Of a DNA stretch of 64,000 nt, positions 25,185 to 40,300 are shown piece after piece. The translations under genes were made by a program, and so were the position numbers. Positions within the stretch are counted from its first letter, which is position 1. Every line of letters begins with the position of its first letter. This DNA is from Ruditapes philippinarum (taxonomy: Eukaryota): assembly GCF_026571515.1 (NCBI RefSeq), contig NW_026855673.1, forward strand, positions 1 to 64,000, read 5' to 3'. The notes below the pieces were generated by a model. The model ran no database searches. It worked only from the letters and a program-made list of their open reading frames with translations, and was not told where the DNA came from.

Positions 25185-25411
25185 TTACGTCGCACACTCA
25201 CAGTATAGGTCATATGGCGACATTCCAGCTTTACTGGTGGAGGAAGACCTCAGGTGCCCTACCATGCGTTAATTCAGGCACCTGAGTAGAACCACCGACG
25301 TTCCGTAAGCTAGCTGTAAATCTTGCTTACATGAAAGAACCAAAAGTTCCTGTCGGGATTCAAGCCCACAGCGATGAGGGACAAGTGGTTTAAAGTCAAC
25401 GACCTTAACCA
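25185..25411 (-). mobile_element. tRNA-derived SINE copy; other copies or fragments at about 28745-29010, 30030-30270, 34770-34920, 45220-45400, 46850-46915 and 60920-61185 (+)
   Basis: Shared conserved block ccagctttactggtg(g/a)aggaagacct(c)aggtgcc and a tRNA-like head (ggttaaggtcgttgac...ggttcaaatc). Confidence 0.7.
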
Positions 25412-25931
25412 TATGGGATAAATAACTACAAATGTATAGAAGTTTAAAGGGACACCACTGAGTGTTTTTACATGACCGTATAGAAAGCGAATGATCTGAA
25501 ATGTTGCAAATAAGTTAATAGTCTAGTCCTACATTAAATGAAATACTAATCTCGGGAAAATATTTCAAGTCCCGTCATGTCAAAGAAAAATCAGTAGAGT
25601 CCCTTTTAACTTATATAATTATTTATCCCATATGAGATCAAATGAACTGGGAGCAAATATCAACGTTTGTGAAGTCTATAAAATTTCTGATGACAATATT
25701 CAACGTACTAGTATGTAACCTTTTATGACTTTTTTCTTTTCGAGTAAGTTTTTTTTTAGGTGCATTTTCTCATCCAGCTGACAAGAAACTAACATAGTCT
25801 TTGCGAACTGCACTGAGGTCCAAAGCCTATAAATTAAATAATCATAAGTTCTTATATAGATCAACTGGGATACTTAAAACAGAAAATATGCAAAAGATAA
25901 TGGAGAAAGAAATACACTCAAAAATAAATTG

Positions 25932-27308
25932 AAACAAGAGGGCCATGATGGCCCTAGATCGCTCACCTGAATTATCAAACTCATCCAAACAATTACCTAG
26001 ACAAGCATTCTGACCAAGTCTCATGACAGATGAGTCAAAAATGTGACCACTACAGTGTTAACAAGGATTATCCATATTTGAGCAGTGCGACCTAGTTTTT
26101 TACCCAGGTGACACATATTCAAACTTGACCTAGAAATCATCAAAACAAACTTTCAGACCAATTTCCAGGATACTTGGATCAAAACAGTAGCAACTAGAGT
26201 GTTAACAAGATTTTTCTATTTTTAGCTCCGGTGACCTAGTTTCACATGCGATTTCGAACTCATCCAAGCAATTACCTAGACAAACATCCTGACCAAGTTT
26301 GATGATAATTGAGTCGAAAATGTGACCACTAGAATGTTAACAAGGTTTTTCCATATTTGGGCGGTGTGACCTAGTTTTTCATCCAAGATGACCCATGTTC
26401 GATCTTGACTTAGAAATCATCAAAACAAACTTTCAGACCAATTAACAGAATATTTGGATCACAACAGTAGCCACTAGAGTGTTAACAAGATTTTTCTATT
26501 TTTAGCTCCTGTGACCTAGTTTTTCATCCGAGATGACCCATGTTCGAACTCATCCGAGCTATCACCTAGACAAGCATCTTGATCAAGTTTGATGATGATT
26601 GATGCAAAAATGTGACCGCTAAAGTGTTAACAAGGTTTTTCTATTTTTAGCTCTGGTGACCTACTTTTTCATCCGAGATGACCCATGTTCGAACTCATCC
26701 AAGCTATCAACTAGATAAGCATCCTGACCAAGTTTGATGATGATTGATGCAAAAATGTGACCACTAGAGTGTTCACAAGGTTTTTCTATTTATAGCTCCG
26801 GTGACCTAGTTTTTCATCCGAGATGACCCATATTCGAACTCATCCGAGCTATTATCTAAACAAGCATCCTGACAAAGTTTGATGATGATTGGGTCAAAAA
26901 TGTGACCACTAGAGTGTTCACAAGGTTTTTCTATTTTTAGCTCATGTGACCTAGTTTTCCATCAGAAATGACCCATGTTCGAACTCATCCAAGCAATTGA
27001 CTAGACAAACATCCTGACCAAGTTTGATGATGATTGGGTCAAAAATGTGACCTCTGGAGTGTTCACAAGGTTTTTCTATTTTTAGCTCTTGTGACCTAGT
27101 TTTTCATCCGAGATGACCCATGTTCGAACTCATCCGAGCTTTCAACTAGATGAGCATCCTGACCAAGTTTGATGATGATTGAGGCAAAAATGCGACCGCT
27201 AGAGTGTTCACAAGCAATTGTGGACGGCCGGACGGACGACGGACGACGGACGACGGACATTCACCGATCCTTAAAGCTCACCCTGAGCAAGCTCAGGTGA
27301 GCTAAAAA
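25932..27308 (+). mobile_element. Non-autonomous Helentron/HINE-like element carrying a 145-bp satellite array
   Basis: Starts aacaagagggccatgatggccct. Subterminal inverted repeat gctcacctga/tcaggtgagc. About 8-9 internal units, with aaaaatgtgacc spaced 145 bp apart at 26606-27186. Ends in a (ggac)n microsatellite, terminal hairpin and A-tail. Confidence 0.85.
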
Positions 27309-27748
27309 GCTATTCTTGTACTAATTTTAGCCCGATTTGAGCGAAAAGCGTTGCAACGCTTTTCAAATTTGGGCAATTATTTTCACAATCAGAATAATTA
27401 TTCTAGAAAAATGTAGAAAGGGAATTATCTAAATGATCTTGCACACAAGTTATGGAACATTAATCTGACAAGAATATTTTCTGTCCCATCATGTCAAAAA
27501 AAACTAGTAGCGTCCCTTTAAACTTATATATTTATTTATAAATAAAAAACTATTTGCTGACTGTATGATGAAAATCCTCTTTTCTTTCATCATCAAAAAT
27601 CCTTCGACAATAAGAATATTGGCGCAATGAATGACATCTGATTTGATTTCCGGCCAGACTCGAAATACTGTTTTGAATACGTTACAATATACATTTGTGA
27701 CAAAAAAGTATTGCTTGTGTACCTTTAGTTTTGTTGCTATCTTTTATA

Positions 27749-28591
27749 CGAGGGTATATTTTAATAAGTGGCAAACACTTAATTTATTCATGATTTGCAC
27801 GTGGAAGTACATGTATAATATACCGTTGGAAAAATTATTGATTTTTCTAACCAACAGTCATTTTTCGCACGATTTGCACGTGCAATGAAATAGCTAACTT
27901 CTGAGAGAGTTGAAAAAGCCTTATTGACTAGGTTTTAAGATCACGACCCTAGACGCCTGAGAGAAATGATCATAGAGGATGAAACGTGGCTTTATTTTTT
28001 TATATTTTTTTAGCCCGACAATAAACTCAGTAACAAAATGTAGGTAGGTGTAATCATCGTTCGCTCAGTTGTTGCTTGACAAAGAGTTATTTACGCTCTA
28101 TTTTTGACAGTGATGGAATAATGGCCCGTGTCGCTGTGTCCGAGAGGGTAGTGTTAATGGAACATTTGAAAGTGACCATGTTCTCACTGCTGTAGTTAAT
28201 CACAACATTCCAAAGAATCCAATGTCTGGGGTGCGCAGGATCAAATTACTCCATGATAATGCACCTGCGCACCGGCAAGCCTTAGTTCAAGCAGAATTGA
28301 GGTTTTGCTACATTCCGCTTATAGTCGTGATCTCTCTCTTTGTGACTTTGGTTAAATCCATAACTTGACTTCGCGGTCGCTGGTTCGAAACCTGTAGTGC
28401 CGTCGGAAACGCTCTCTACCAGTTTATAAACAGTATACCTAAAGAACATTTCAAAAATAGATTCTGAGGCTTGAAAAGTGTGACTATGGTGAATATTCTG
28501 AAAGATTCTACTAAGCAATCATTTTTTCCCATGTATGACTTATGTAAAGAAAAACTCTCTGCCGTTGCCAATTATGAAAATATGCCCCTCG
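27749..28591 (+). mobile_element. Decayed, internally deleted mariner (Tc1/mariner) transposon
   Basis: TA-flanked TIRs of about 28 bp (cgagggtatattttaataagtggcaa / ttgccaattatgaaaatatgcccctcg). Transposase remnants IKLLHDNAPAH (about 28240) and HSAYSRDLSLCDF (about 28311), matching the mariner HDNA and YSPDLAP motifs. Confidence 0.85.
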
Positions 28592-29737
28592 TAAATCAGA
28601 GCAAGCATCCAACCAGAAGGTGTGTTCCAGTTTCAACAATGCTCGGTTTTTCTGATGTTTTAGGTGTATGTTCCTTTTCAGTTATTATCGACCTTTTACA
28701 AAGGGCAATTTATCATGCGTACTTGCTTTAAAAACTTGTTTGGTTATGTTTTACGTCACAGCAACATTGTGAACAACAAAAGGCGACTTTCCAGCATTAC
28801 TGGTGAAGGAAGACCTCAGGTACTCCTTCGTGTATTATTTCAGGCATGAACGGGCATCGAAGTAGAGCCACCGGCGTTTCGTCTGCAAGTTGAATAGCTT
28901 CCTAATATGAACAATAGCGGAAATTGTTAAAGGACTTGGATGCTTCTATGTGAGGAAGATATCTAGCTAGCTTACGGAACGCCAGTGGTTCTTCTCATGT
29001 GCCCATGAGAGCCAGAATAAAACGCAGAATGCTTATTTTCATCAAAATGCATAAAAATAAAGATAACAAAGAAAATATATGACAAGAAAACAAATACTTT
29101 ATTATTATCTTTTAAAAACATATACATCCAAACAAAACCAATTTTACATATGACACAATGTTTTTTTCTTCCAATTTCCTCAATTCTAACTTGTTTTACT
29201 CTTTTACATCAAATTTTACAAACCAGTCAATGTTTTTGTTTTACCTATAACAATTTAAGGTGTGATAGACATAGAAAACCGACTATGATATGAGTGATTT
29301 GCATAATAATCGCCAGCTTATGCCTGCATTACATGGTATAAGTAAAGGGAGGTCACTCTAGTAAAAGTTACGTATCACTGACAGTTCAAATTTGTGCAGA
29401 CGAATAAATTAGCGGGAAATTTATATGCCAGATAAACTTTCCCATCATACACCATTTCAAATAAAGATTTTCTTTAGACTGGTTATATTTAAAGAAAAAA
29501 TCCTATTGCTTAGGACGGTATGATTTTGAGAGAAACAACTATTTCTTTGTCATGTTTTAATGCAGAAAAAAATCTTATAGTTTAATTATGAACACAAGTA
29601 GTCAATTCTTTAAAAGAAAATATTTTCTCAAATTTATTATGTGCTTATCAATTATGCACTTCTTTATTTCTTTTCTGTGGTAGGCACACTTTTTTCTGGA
29701 TTAGTTTCATTCTACTGTAAGTTTAACACACATTTTT

Positions 29738-32700
29738 TTAAACTGGTTTTATTTTGAGATAAAGTCCGTTTTTACTTCTCAATATCAGAATGCATTCTGG
29801 TTCAGCTTTTCTTTCAGGGTCAAGGTCAAGTTTGAAATGACGTAACAGTTCGCAGATAACGACCTTGACCTGTGTCAGTGCAAAGTGTTGCCCTATACAA
29901 TTTCTGAAATAAAAATTAAAATATGAAAGAATAAATTCCTAATAAACAAATGTTTTGATGCATATCATATCTCTGCCACATGTTTAATTAGATCTACAAA
30001 TGTAGGTTATAGCCAAGGTCACACAAACACTGTCAATGTCATATGATAACTTTCCAGCTTAACTGGTGAGGGACCAACTCAAAAAACACTATGTTTGATA
30101 GTTCATGTAAAAGCAAGAACTGGAGTAGAACCACTGACTTGTATAGCCTTCTCATAATTATGTAAAAATTGATGACCCTATAGCGTTATTAAAACAATAG
30201 GTGTGACCATGACAACAGGCCAAGTGATTTGAAGTCAGCCACTTTTATCACATGACCACAGAGGCCTAATTTGTATAACTGCTATATATACTCTCGTAGA
30301 TATCAAGTTAATAATATTTGTTTAATATTGAATTAAATGGAACCCTTAATAATTTGGATTACCCTGAAGAAAACTTTATTTTCAAATGCAATATCACAGA
30401 TATTGGTATTATTGTCAAAAGGCTGAAAAAGGTCCATTTTTGTCACTTTTTGCATATAAAAAGATGACTCAAACACAAAATTTTCATAAATAATGATGCT
30501 ATTTAAATATTGAGCAGGTGGCAAGAAAACAGCTAGAATATATTAAACACTAACCTTGGTCCTATAGAAAATGGGAGATGATACACTGAGGATATTTTAC
30601 TACCATTTGTAAATCTATCTGGGTCAAACTCCTGAAAGGTCAACAAAAGGTCAAGGTCAAAAAAATATGTAACTTCTAAAATTATGCTTATCTGAATACC
30701 AGTATTCAATAAAAAAGTGACCATATGACTCCTGTTCACAAAGAAAAAGATCAGGGTCAAATGTTCTTGCATTTATTTTAATGCTATATGAAACTTACAT
30801 ATTAGGCTAAAAATAATATGATCCATATATAAAATGTAAAACGTTGCTGAATTTGCATTAAACGCAATGAAACAAACACATTTTGGAATAAAATTTAAGA
30901 ATAAAAATGCAAAATACAAAAATCACTGGGTCAAAATAAGGATCAAATTTAGGATCAAGTATTTGGGTCAATTTGAAATTAGCGTATCATGTGAATAAAT
31001 CATGAAATCTTTATAAACTTCCACCATCTTATATTCATACGATTGGATGCCAAAACATACCACTGTTTTGTCAGTCTGTACAAACAAACAGAATGACAGA
31101 CAAGGGCAAATCTGTATAAGCTAACCCTCTAGTTGTCCGGTAAATTTAGTGTACTTTTTTGTAGAGTTTGAGGTTACACCAACCCTGTGTAAAAATTATA
31201 ATGCCACTTTACAGCATTACTGATCTATAGTCCCAAGCATGCAGTAGAATTACCTTCCTGTTAGCTAGATGAAACAGTTTTTTCACATGATAGAATAGAA
31301 TGATAGTTTCACAAAAAAAACAAAGGTAGATTTAAAAGTTGGAAGTAGTATGGTAATAATTTAAGGCAAAATTGTGCTTACATTAGGATTATCCCAGACT
31401 TCAGGATCTCTTTGCACTGCAAACAGTGAGACAGTAATTCTCATATCTGAAATAATAATGGGAGAATAAAGTTTTAATGTTAAAAATCATAGTGGTAGAA
31501 AAGTGCTTATCTAAGAAACTTTCAGGAGAATAAAAGTTATACATGTGCATTGTTAAATGAGAAAGTTTGGCTATAAGGTTTACCTATAAAAAATAGGTGT
31601 AAAAATTACAGGAAAATATTTAGTAAAAACAATGGGATATTTTTGGTTTTCTCAACTATACAAAATCTTATACATATTTTATATCATTGATATATTTTAT
31701 CATTTAATTGACATTGCTGCAATTAAAAATTGTGCTGTCATATTAAGCAACTGCAAGAAGCATTTTTGTTTTGATCTGGAAGACAAAAAGTGCTATAAAA
31801 TATTCATTATTTTTTCATCAAGTTTCTATTTATCTTTTTTTCCTCAGAATTGGGGCAAAAATGTTGTTTGGGATAATAAAACTTAAAATGCCACATACCC
31901 TGTGGTATGCTTAAAACTAGATTTTACATCAGCAACAACAGTCAAGCATTAGAAATCATGCTAAAAATAGATTACCTTTAGGTATGACACGGCCATCAGG
32001 CAGGTCGAGATCTCTCTCCAGACAACGTGATATGTTTGGTACAGCAGGAAACAATCTCATGCTTTCCTGTATACATGCATACATGTACTCTAACTTCGTA
32101 AGATCATCCCTGAACAAAATATAGATTATTTCTGTCACTATTACATAAGTATAGTAAGATATCACAACAAGCATTTTTTTTCCATATGAAGGACAGCAGT
32201 TTTTTACTTAATAAAAAATGTTTACACATTCATATCCATTCAACCTTTAATAGAGGATACTGAATGAGTGTAGGTTCAATACTGAATTTACTGGACAAGT
32301 TCAATAAATTTAGTAATGAAGCTTCATGAATATAATAGTCTGTTTATCACATACTTGTATCCAAAATAACTTTAACGGTAAAAAATAATTGCAGAGGGGA
32401 CCCTCAGTAATCCTAAACACATATTATGCTAATTTATCCTGTTAATCATGTTGTATTACAAACATTACAATGTATATTCAATAGAAATGGTGGCTTAGTG
32501 AATAAGGTGGTCACCACTTAACCATGAGAACCTGTGTTCAAGCCCGGATGGGGTTGCGACCATAATGTTCACATTTTAACCATGAGATCAAGAGTTCAAG
32601 CCCTGATGTGGTCGCAACCATAATGTTCACCTCTTAACCATGAGATGGAGAGTTCAAGCCCTGATGGGGTCGGGACAATAATTCCTCAAATTAATGATAC

Positions 32701-34288
32701 CAGTACTGGTTTTTGTTCCAGATAATTCACAGAACACTGGATTAAATAAGCTTAAGACTTTCATCAGAATCAAGCTAAAAAAAATATTATTTAACTTAAC
32801 TAAGAAGTAAATAACTAGAGCATACCATGACAGTATTTTAGTTTTGCCGACAACTTTGAGAATTTCTTCTCTACACCTGTCCTGGCAGGCTTGATGTTTA
32901 GCCAGGTTATACAGACACCAGGATATTGTGCTGGCTGTTGAGTCGTGACCTTCAAACATAAACGTGTCAACCTCATCACGAATCTCCTGATCGGTCATGC
33001 CGTCACCATCATTGTCCTTAATAAATAAATAGTCAAAGATTTATAAGATAATAAATAATGGTAATTTTAATGACTTGTAGTAAATTAAATAATTATTTAA
33101 TCAATTGTAATATAAAGATGAAATGAGTTATGATATAATGAATAATGATATAATTAGTAATGATATAACTAAACAATGATATACATGTAAATAAATATAA
33201 TGATGAAAAAAGAAATGATGTATTTAATAATGATTTAAAGAATAAATAATGATGTTATGAATAATAATCAATTAAATAATTATCAATTGAATAATGATGT
33301 TATGAATAATGGTCAAAGAAATAATAATGATGTAATGAACAATGATCAATTATATATTCTAACACGACAGAAAATGTGTGTTATTATGCAATAATGTCAC
33401 AGTTGACGTTCTATATTTAGATATGCGACGTAATCATCATACATGTGACGTAACCACTAAAAGAATCCGACGCGCTGAAAATAAGTACGGGAACAAATCA
33501 GGCACAATTTCGCTTAATATCAGGTACGGCAGCATTTATTTGTTGATGTCATGTTAGAATCGAAATAATATATCCAAATTGGTGATTTTATCGCTTGATA
33601 ACATCAGTTTTTCATTCGGATGCGCATCATTATATCACTCGGGCTATGCCCTCGTGATATAATTTGTCACATTCAAACTCCAAACAGTGATGTTATTGAG
33701 CGGGATATATTATATTTCTTAAATGATGTTATAAATAACAGTCAATAGAATGAATTGATATAATGAATAATCATCAAAAATATGAACAATGATGTAATGA
33801 TGCTATGCATACTTTCCATTTTATTTGTGACCAATCATTCTTTAACTAGAAAAAACAATCATTTTATCTGTTGTGGAAGATACAGCCTTATATTCAGAAT
33901 AAGGTTAAATTCCTTGAAACATTGAAAACTTTCATTATATGCTACCAAATTAATAAGACTTACCTTTGCAGTAAGTAGGATATCTAAGAAATCAACATTT
34001 CTTGCTCCCTTTGCCTCCGACTTCAACAACTGTTTTCTCTTTTTTATTATTTTCTCTGAATGCTCATGAATAGCATGGCATGCTTGTTTAAATTTCTTTC
34101 TGAAATATATTATATGTTATACATATTACATTTTGAAAGTAATACACCTTAACCCCTGCTGGTGTGTTGGTCTGTCTGAATGTCTGAGACAAGTATTGAT
34201 CATGTATGTATGAAATGAATAGCCCTTTAACATTAATTTTATAATATCAAAAAAGCTTCTATCAAAGTTGTAGTAAATGCTTTTACTG

Positions 34289-34326
<38 letters not shown>

Positions 34327-37300
34327 TTTTTGATTTGCAAAATGGTAACGGTGTATATGACTTTGAGTGTATTTTAAATAATAAATTATTTTTTATTAAC
34401 AAAAGTCACTGTTTCATGTCATTTCCTTACGTAAGTGCAGTAACTGGTTAAGTCCTTCTAAATTTAATAGGATTTAACCAATTTAATAGGATTTAACCAG
34501 TTATTGCGCTTAGGTGGCAATTTGTCATATTTTACTTGTTAAACTATGCCTAAATAATCATTACTTTACTTTTTTGATATCATATTTTGTATATTTGATG
34601 TAGAATTATTGACAAAATGAAGGCAATTTTTTACCCATTTTCTGTAAAGTTATAATAGATGAAGTCATAGTGGTGTAGAGGCTTGATGATTCTTTTGACA
34701 ATAAGTTCCGATACATCGTAAACACCCTGAATATATGGATGCCTTGTTCTGAAATAAAATATGTTTCAGTTGAGTTTTACGTCACACCTTGAACACAGTA
34801 CATGTATAAGTCATATGGCAACTTTCCAGCTTTACTAATGGAGAAAGACCTTAGGTGCCCTTCCATACATTATTTCAGGCACCAATGGGCATGTGAGTAG
34901 AATAACCGATGTTCCGTAAAACAAATTATGTAAAAAATTTAATCAATTAAATACAAAATTCATTCTGCTAGACAATGATGTCTATTTCCACATTTCAAAC
35001 TTATTTTTGGTTATAACTTTTTTAATTATTTTTCACAGTGCAATTTTTTTTCTTGTACAAAATTAATCATATTCACTAAAATAAAACAATGCAATATAAA
35101 AATCTTTTATTCTGTAAGAATCAAAGTAAATTTGATGTTCTTTCACTATTTACATTTGTACATTTATATCTGAAATATTCATGATATATATTGTCTTAAT
35201 TATTCTTTGTCTTCATTTTATTTTCCACAGGATGTATAATTATGTAGTAAAAAAAATAGTTTAGACAAAAAAAATTGAAGCAAAAATAAAATAAAACATA
35301 CACAAACAAAATCATTTGATCTGGGGGTTGACTGCAAAAATGCAGTAACTTAATATACGAAATAAAGAAGGACTAATATTACAGTCTTGTGGTCAACCCT
35401 CTAAAATTTCACTCTAATCAACTAAAAAAACTTTACTCAAATCATCAAATGATGTATAATTATTTAAGTATTTACTTTTCATTTTGGCAGTTGCTATGGT
35501 AACCAAAAAGACATTGCATCATACTGTCTAATGTAAGAAGACTTATGTGATGAAACACCTCTTCTGAACCAGCTGATTTTCGCCATTTATCCTGAAAGAT
35601 CATTGAACATCTACATGTGTATATATGTAATATTTAAAGTGAATTGTACCATAATGGAAAGTTTGTAATACCATGAATAATTATGTTGATAGTATTTAAA
35701 GCTACATGCCTCCAGATGAGTCTCAATAAAATCAAACTTGAGAAAAATGTACTAGGAATAGTAAAAGGATTCAATATTCAAGTAATATTTTACATTTTTT
35801 GTGCGATTAATGACTGATTTTTCAGTATTTACAACTATATTTCTACTGCGTTACTAACGCAGTTACTAACGCAGTAAGGGCTATTTATGTATATTTTGAC
35901 CACTTTTGGTAATTAACGTAGGTTGTAAGCACCAATGATAATGTGTATGTTGCTGCCTTTTGGTTACTCCACAATATTACACATTCAAATAAATTTTCAA
36001 AAATTTCATGAAAATAAGTAAAGAAATATTTCATAAGAATACTTAAATGATACATTTCTATTGCTCTTATCAATACATGTATCTGAATTTCAGAAATGTA
36101 TACTAACTGACAGTCAAAGAGATTTCAATATATTATTGTTCAGGCAATGTTTATTTCTATCAATTAGACAGTAACAGAAACAAGCATCAGTAAATCATTA
36201 AATTGGGTGAAAACCATTCTGGCCGATTAATAAGGCTAATTGATGACTCAGAGCACCCCTTAGCAAATGGCTAGATTATGATAATTAACACTTAAACTTA
36301 CAATTAGAACTTTTGTACTCCTGCTGAATACAATGACATAATTTTTTAGGATGTCAGCATGAAAAGCAGGTGTCATCAATCTTCTGTTTCTATCCCATTT
36401 TTTACCTTTACTCAACAACAGCCCATCTCCTGTAATATATAGAGGATATTTGTTTAGTTCAGTGTAAGATCGGAATATATTTCACCGAGTGAGCACCAAA
36501 AGGTATATTTCACGAGTGGCGCAGCCACGAGTGAAATATGAACTTTTGGTGTTCACAAGGTGAAATATATTTTGATCTTACACTAAACTAAACAAATTTT
36601 CTTTTTATTATATGCAAAGAAACGTTTTAAAAAGACATTAAACCTAATACTGAATGAAAAGCGCGCCAAATAATAATACAACGTGACGTCATTTACGACG
36701 TCACGTCATTAAGTTGGTACCCAGTTCTGTGCACGCTGGTATTTCAGTGAAACAACGTAAGGGGCTTAAATTCAAAACAGTGAAATTATCAAAGTGGTAA
36801 TTTCACTGTTTCAAACAGTGAAATTACCAGTTTTTATATCACTGATATATTTCTATAAACCACCGAAAAGCATGTAATAAATCATTGTTTTCTACATTGT
36901 AAACTTAAATTTAGATAATACCACTTCATACAGTGGCATAAAAGTGACATTTGCAATTTGTTTTTTTTTTGTTGTTTTTTTACACTTATGTTTTTTTTTA
37001 TTACATATGTATTTTTTGTGTTTTCATACATATTTTTTTTTTTTTTTTTTTTTTCGTACATGTTTTATTTTAGTTTTGTATACATTTGTTCTTTTAGATT
37101 TGCATACATATTTTTTTTCAGTTAGCAAAACTAAAAAAAAATGTGTATGAAAAACTAAAATAAAATATGTATGCAAAACTAAAATAAAATATGTACAAAA
37201 AACAAAACAAAAATACGTATGAAAAGCAAAAATAAAATAAGTATGAGAAACAAAAAAAAAGAATGAAAAAATTTATTGAAAACATACAGATCTCAGGTAA

Positions 37301-40300
37301 AAATAAATTCAATTCTTAATAATAACTTATTTTCTGAAAGAATAATAGTTGAAAATGAAAATCTATCAAAAATCTGGAAAAGTTGAAGTCTCTCGGAAGA
37401 AATGGGGAAAAGAGTACATGAAAATTGTTGACTTGGTTTGACTGAGTCTGTTCATGAGAAAAACTGAAAAACTGCAACACTCCTTACCACTCTAAATATC
37501 TTAAATGGAATTCCATCTTACAATCTGAACACCCTGGACCATTTTTATCATTTTTAGGGGAAAATTTCAATATATGTTCAGACTGAATAATGAAATGTAC
37601 AGACCATGATGTGCCGACACAAAGGTGCTGACTGATCTTGGTCTGTACTAGTCACATTGTTAGAATCTGTTGCAATGTATTCTAAGGGTTATAATCTGTC
37701 AAAGCTCTCTGTAATGGAGTTAACATAAAAAGTCACCGACTATAATTATTTTTCCAATCCACTGTGTACATTGTGTTCCACGTGGAATGTTTCATTGAGA
37801 AATAAAGTTCAACCTTCAAAGGTTTTTAATTTGATATGTCCATCATAAGATTATAAAGTTATAAATAACAAACTTGAAATGATCATCAAGCTGATTAAAA
37901 ACTGAAGAATTTACTCTATTTAGTGAAAATAAATTAAGCATTATAATTCTGCTTGGCAAATTTTTTCAAAATCTTTATAAGTTTAAGTATCGATACATAT
38001 ATCAACTTACCTATCCATGGACGCATCAATGCATATGAAAATTCATCTTTTGGATCTGAAAAATATGAAATTACCGATAATACAAAGTGATGCAGGTATA
38101 TTTAATAAGATATGTATTTTAAAAATAACTTACTTATATATTTTTAAGGATTTGACATTCCTAGCATTTCATAGTTAAATATACATGCATATGAAAAGGG
38201 AATATAAATAAAATATAAAGAAGTATTAAATAGTTGTTTTACAGGCAACATTGTGTGTTATATCATCACCTTAGTGCAGTAATAAGTTTACTCCTTATAT
38301 GATTAAATAGGAGTTAACCTGTTACTGCACTGTGACAACCATATAGCCTAGACACAAGTCATTCCTGAAAACTGGAGTGACAAACAGAACAAAAGACAGA
38401 CAAGGTTAAGTGTAAAACAATATCTGTTTCCTTTTCTACATGAATTTTACTTTACCATGCAGAATATGAATGGAGTTGTCCATCACATCTGTAAATCATT
38501 TTTAGGTAAAAATTCTAAATGTATAGACCAAAATCAGACCACACAAAAATGCTGGCTAATCATGGCCTGCACTTGGGACTAGCTTAGTTTGAATCATTTG
38601 CATACAAATGCTGACAGAATCACAGGCGCTCGGTCAAATTATCATAAAATAATCTCCCCTTGATCATCAAGAACAAAATAACTATCCAGCACCCGTTCAC
38701 TACATAAAATATGTATTGTTGTAATTTTGTTCTTGATGATCAAGAGGAGATTATTTCATTATATTTGATCATTATTAGCGAAGCAAATGTGACGAATGCC
38801 TGTGGGCAGAATACTAAAATTTGATACCCCAAATCTGTAATCACGTTCAATGTCAAGTTCAACATCCTACCTGTACCAGATAATACAACTTTTGCTGTGC
38901 CTGGATGGACAGATATTAACTGAGCCTCAGCCGGTCCGGTCCAAGCTGGAAACGCCCCTGGATACTCGTGAGCATAATCAGCCATGCGTAGCAACCCCGC
39001 ATAATCTCCAGTTATCTATAAAATCAAATGATTTTTTCTTTTACAATATTAGATAATTATGTAAGACTTAGTTTTGTATAAATATCAATATTTCAATATT
39101 AGTTATTTTTTAAAACATCAATACATCAATGCTTAAGTATTTACAAATGAAGCGGTTTCATTGCTAAATTTGTAATACTAAATTTTCTTTTTCATGTGAC
39201 AGATCAGTGTCATACTGTGAGCTTTTTACCCTTTAAATTAATGTTCGGTTTTCAATAAAAGATGCTATCCTGCAAGCTTATGGGAAGTCAGATGCCAATC
39301 TTGGCTTTGATATAATAATGCAAAGATGGGTTTGCAATTATACTATCCAAATAATGGTTAAATATTGCCAGCAACCATTGTTGTGATAATGCAAGGATTT
39401 TTTAATGACATAAAATCTTATATTTGTTTTACTACAGTAATTTAATATAGAGTTTCAATTCAAATTAAGACAAAGGGAATAGTCAAATCAATATCTATCC
39501 CCTAAAATTAAGAGGATCACCTTTAATGCTGAAATTTTACTTTAAAGTTGGCTAATCACCTTTAAGATTTCAGTTTGAAAGGAATTGTGGGAAATAACAG
39601 GTGATGGCCAATGATAACAGTATAACATTGCTGACCATTACTTAATCTGTTTATTATCTTTATCATTCGAGATGACCAGGTCATTTAGTGTATATTAATA
39701 AATATTCATGATTTAGTATAATCTGGATCTTAACCCTTGACCTTCTGAATTTGTATAATGGATTTGTCCAGCTTTGAATTTGGAACAGTTCATTCAAACT
39801 TTAAGGGATTTCAGTAACAAAATATTTATTATGAACAGTATAAAGCCTTGCCTGATGGCATGAATGTGTAAGCTTGCCTGGCTCTATACTGTATGCTAAT
39901 TATGGCTTGGCTTATCAGCAGGAAAAGACTTAATAAGGATGATTGTCAGTATTGTGATAGTAATGTTATCATGTTGTACACTTGAGTGCACTCAAACAAA
40001 AGTTAAACACATGGTGCCCTCACAAAGCATGGTTCGCCTATTATAGTAAATAGCCCTCAAAGTTTCAGCTTTACTTTTCAAAATTGAAAAAAGTAAGTAA
40101 GGTATAAACCAAATTAAATGATATTCGTTATTAAATAATTATGACAAAATTTATTGATTCACAGTCAAATTTTTCACTGTATCAAGATTGGATTAGGTCT
40201 TGGGAAAAGTGTAATAAATTAAAAGCCTAACTTTAACAATTACAGTTACTTAATCATAAGGGTAGCAGTGGCCTAGTGGTTAAGGCGTCTGCCTCTCAAG

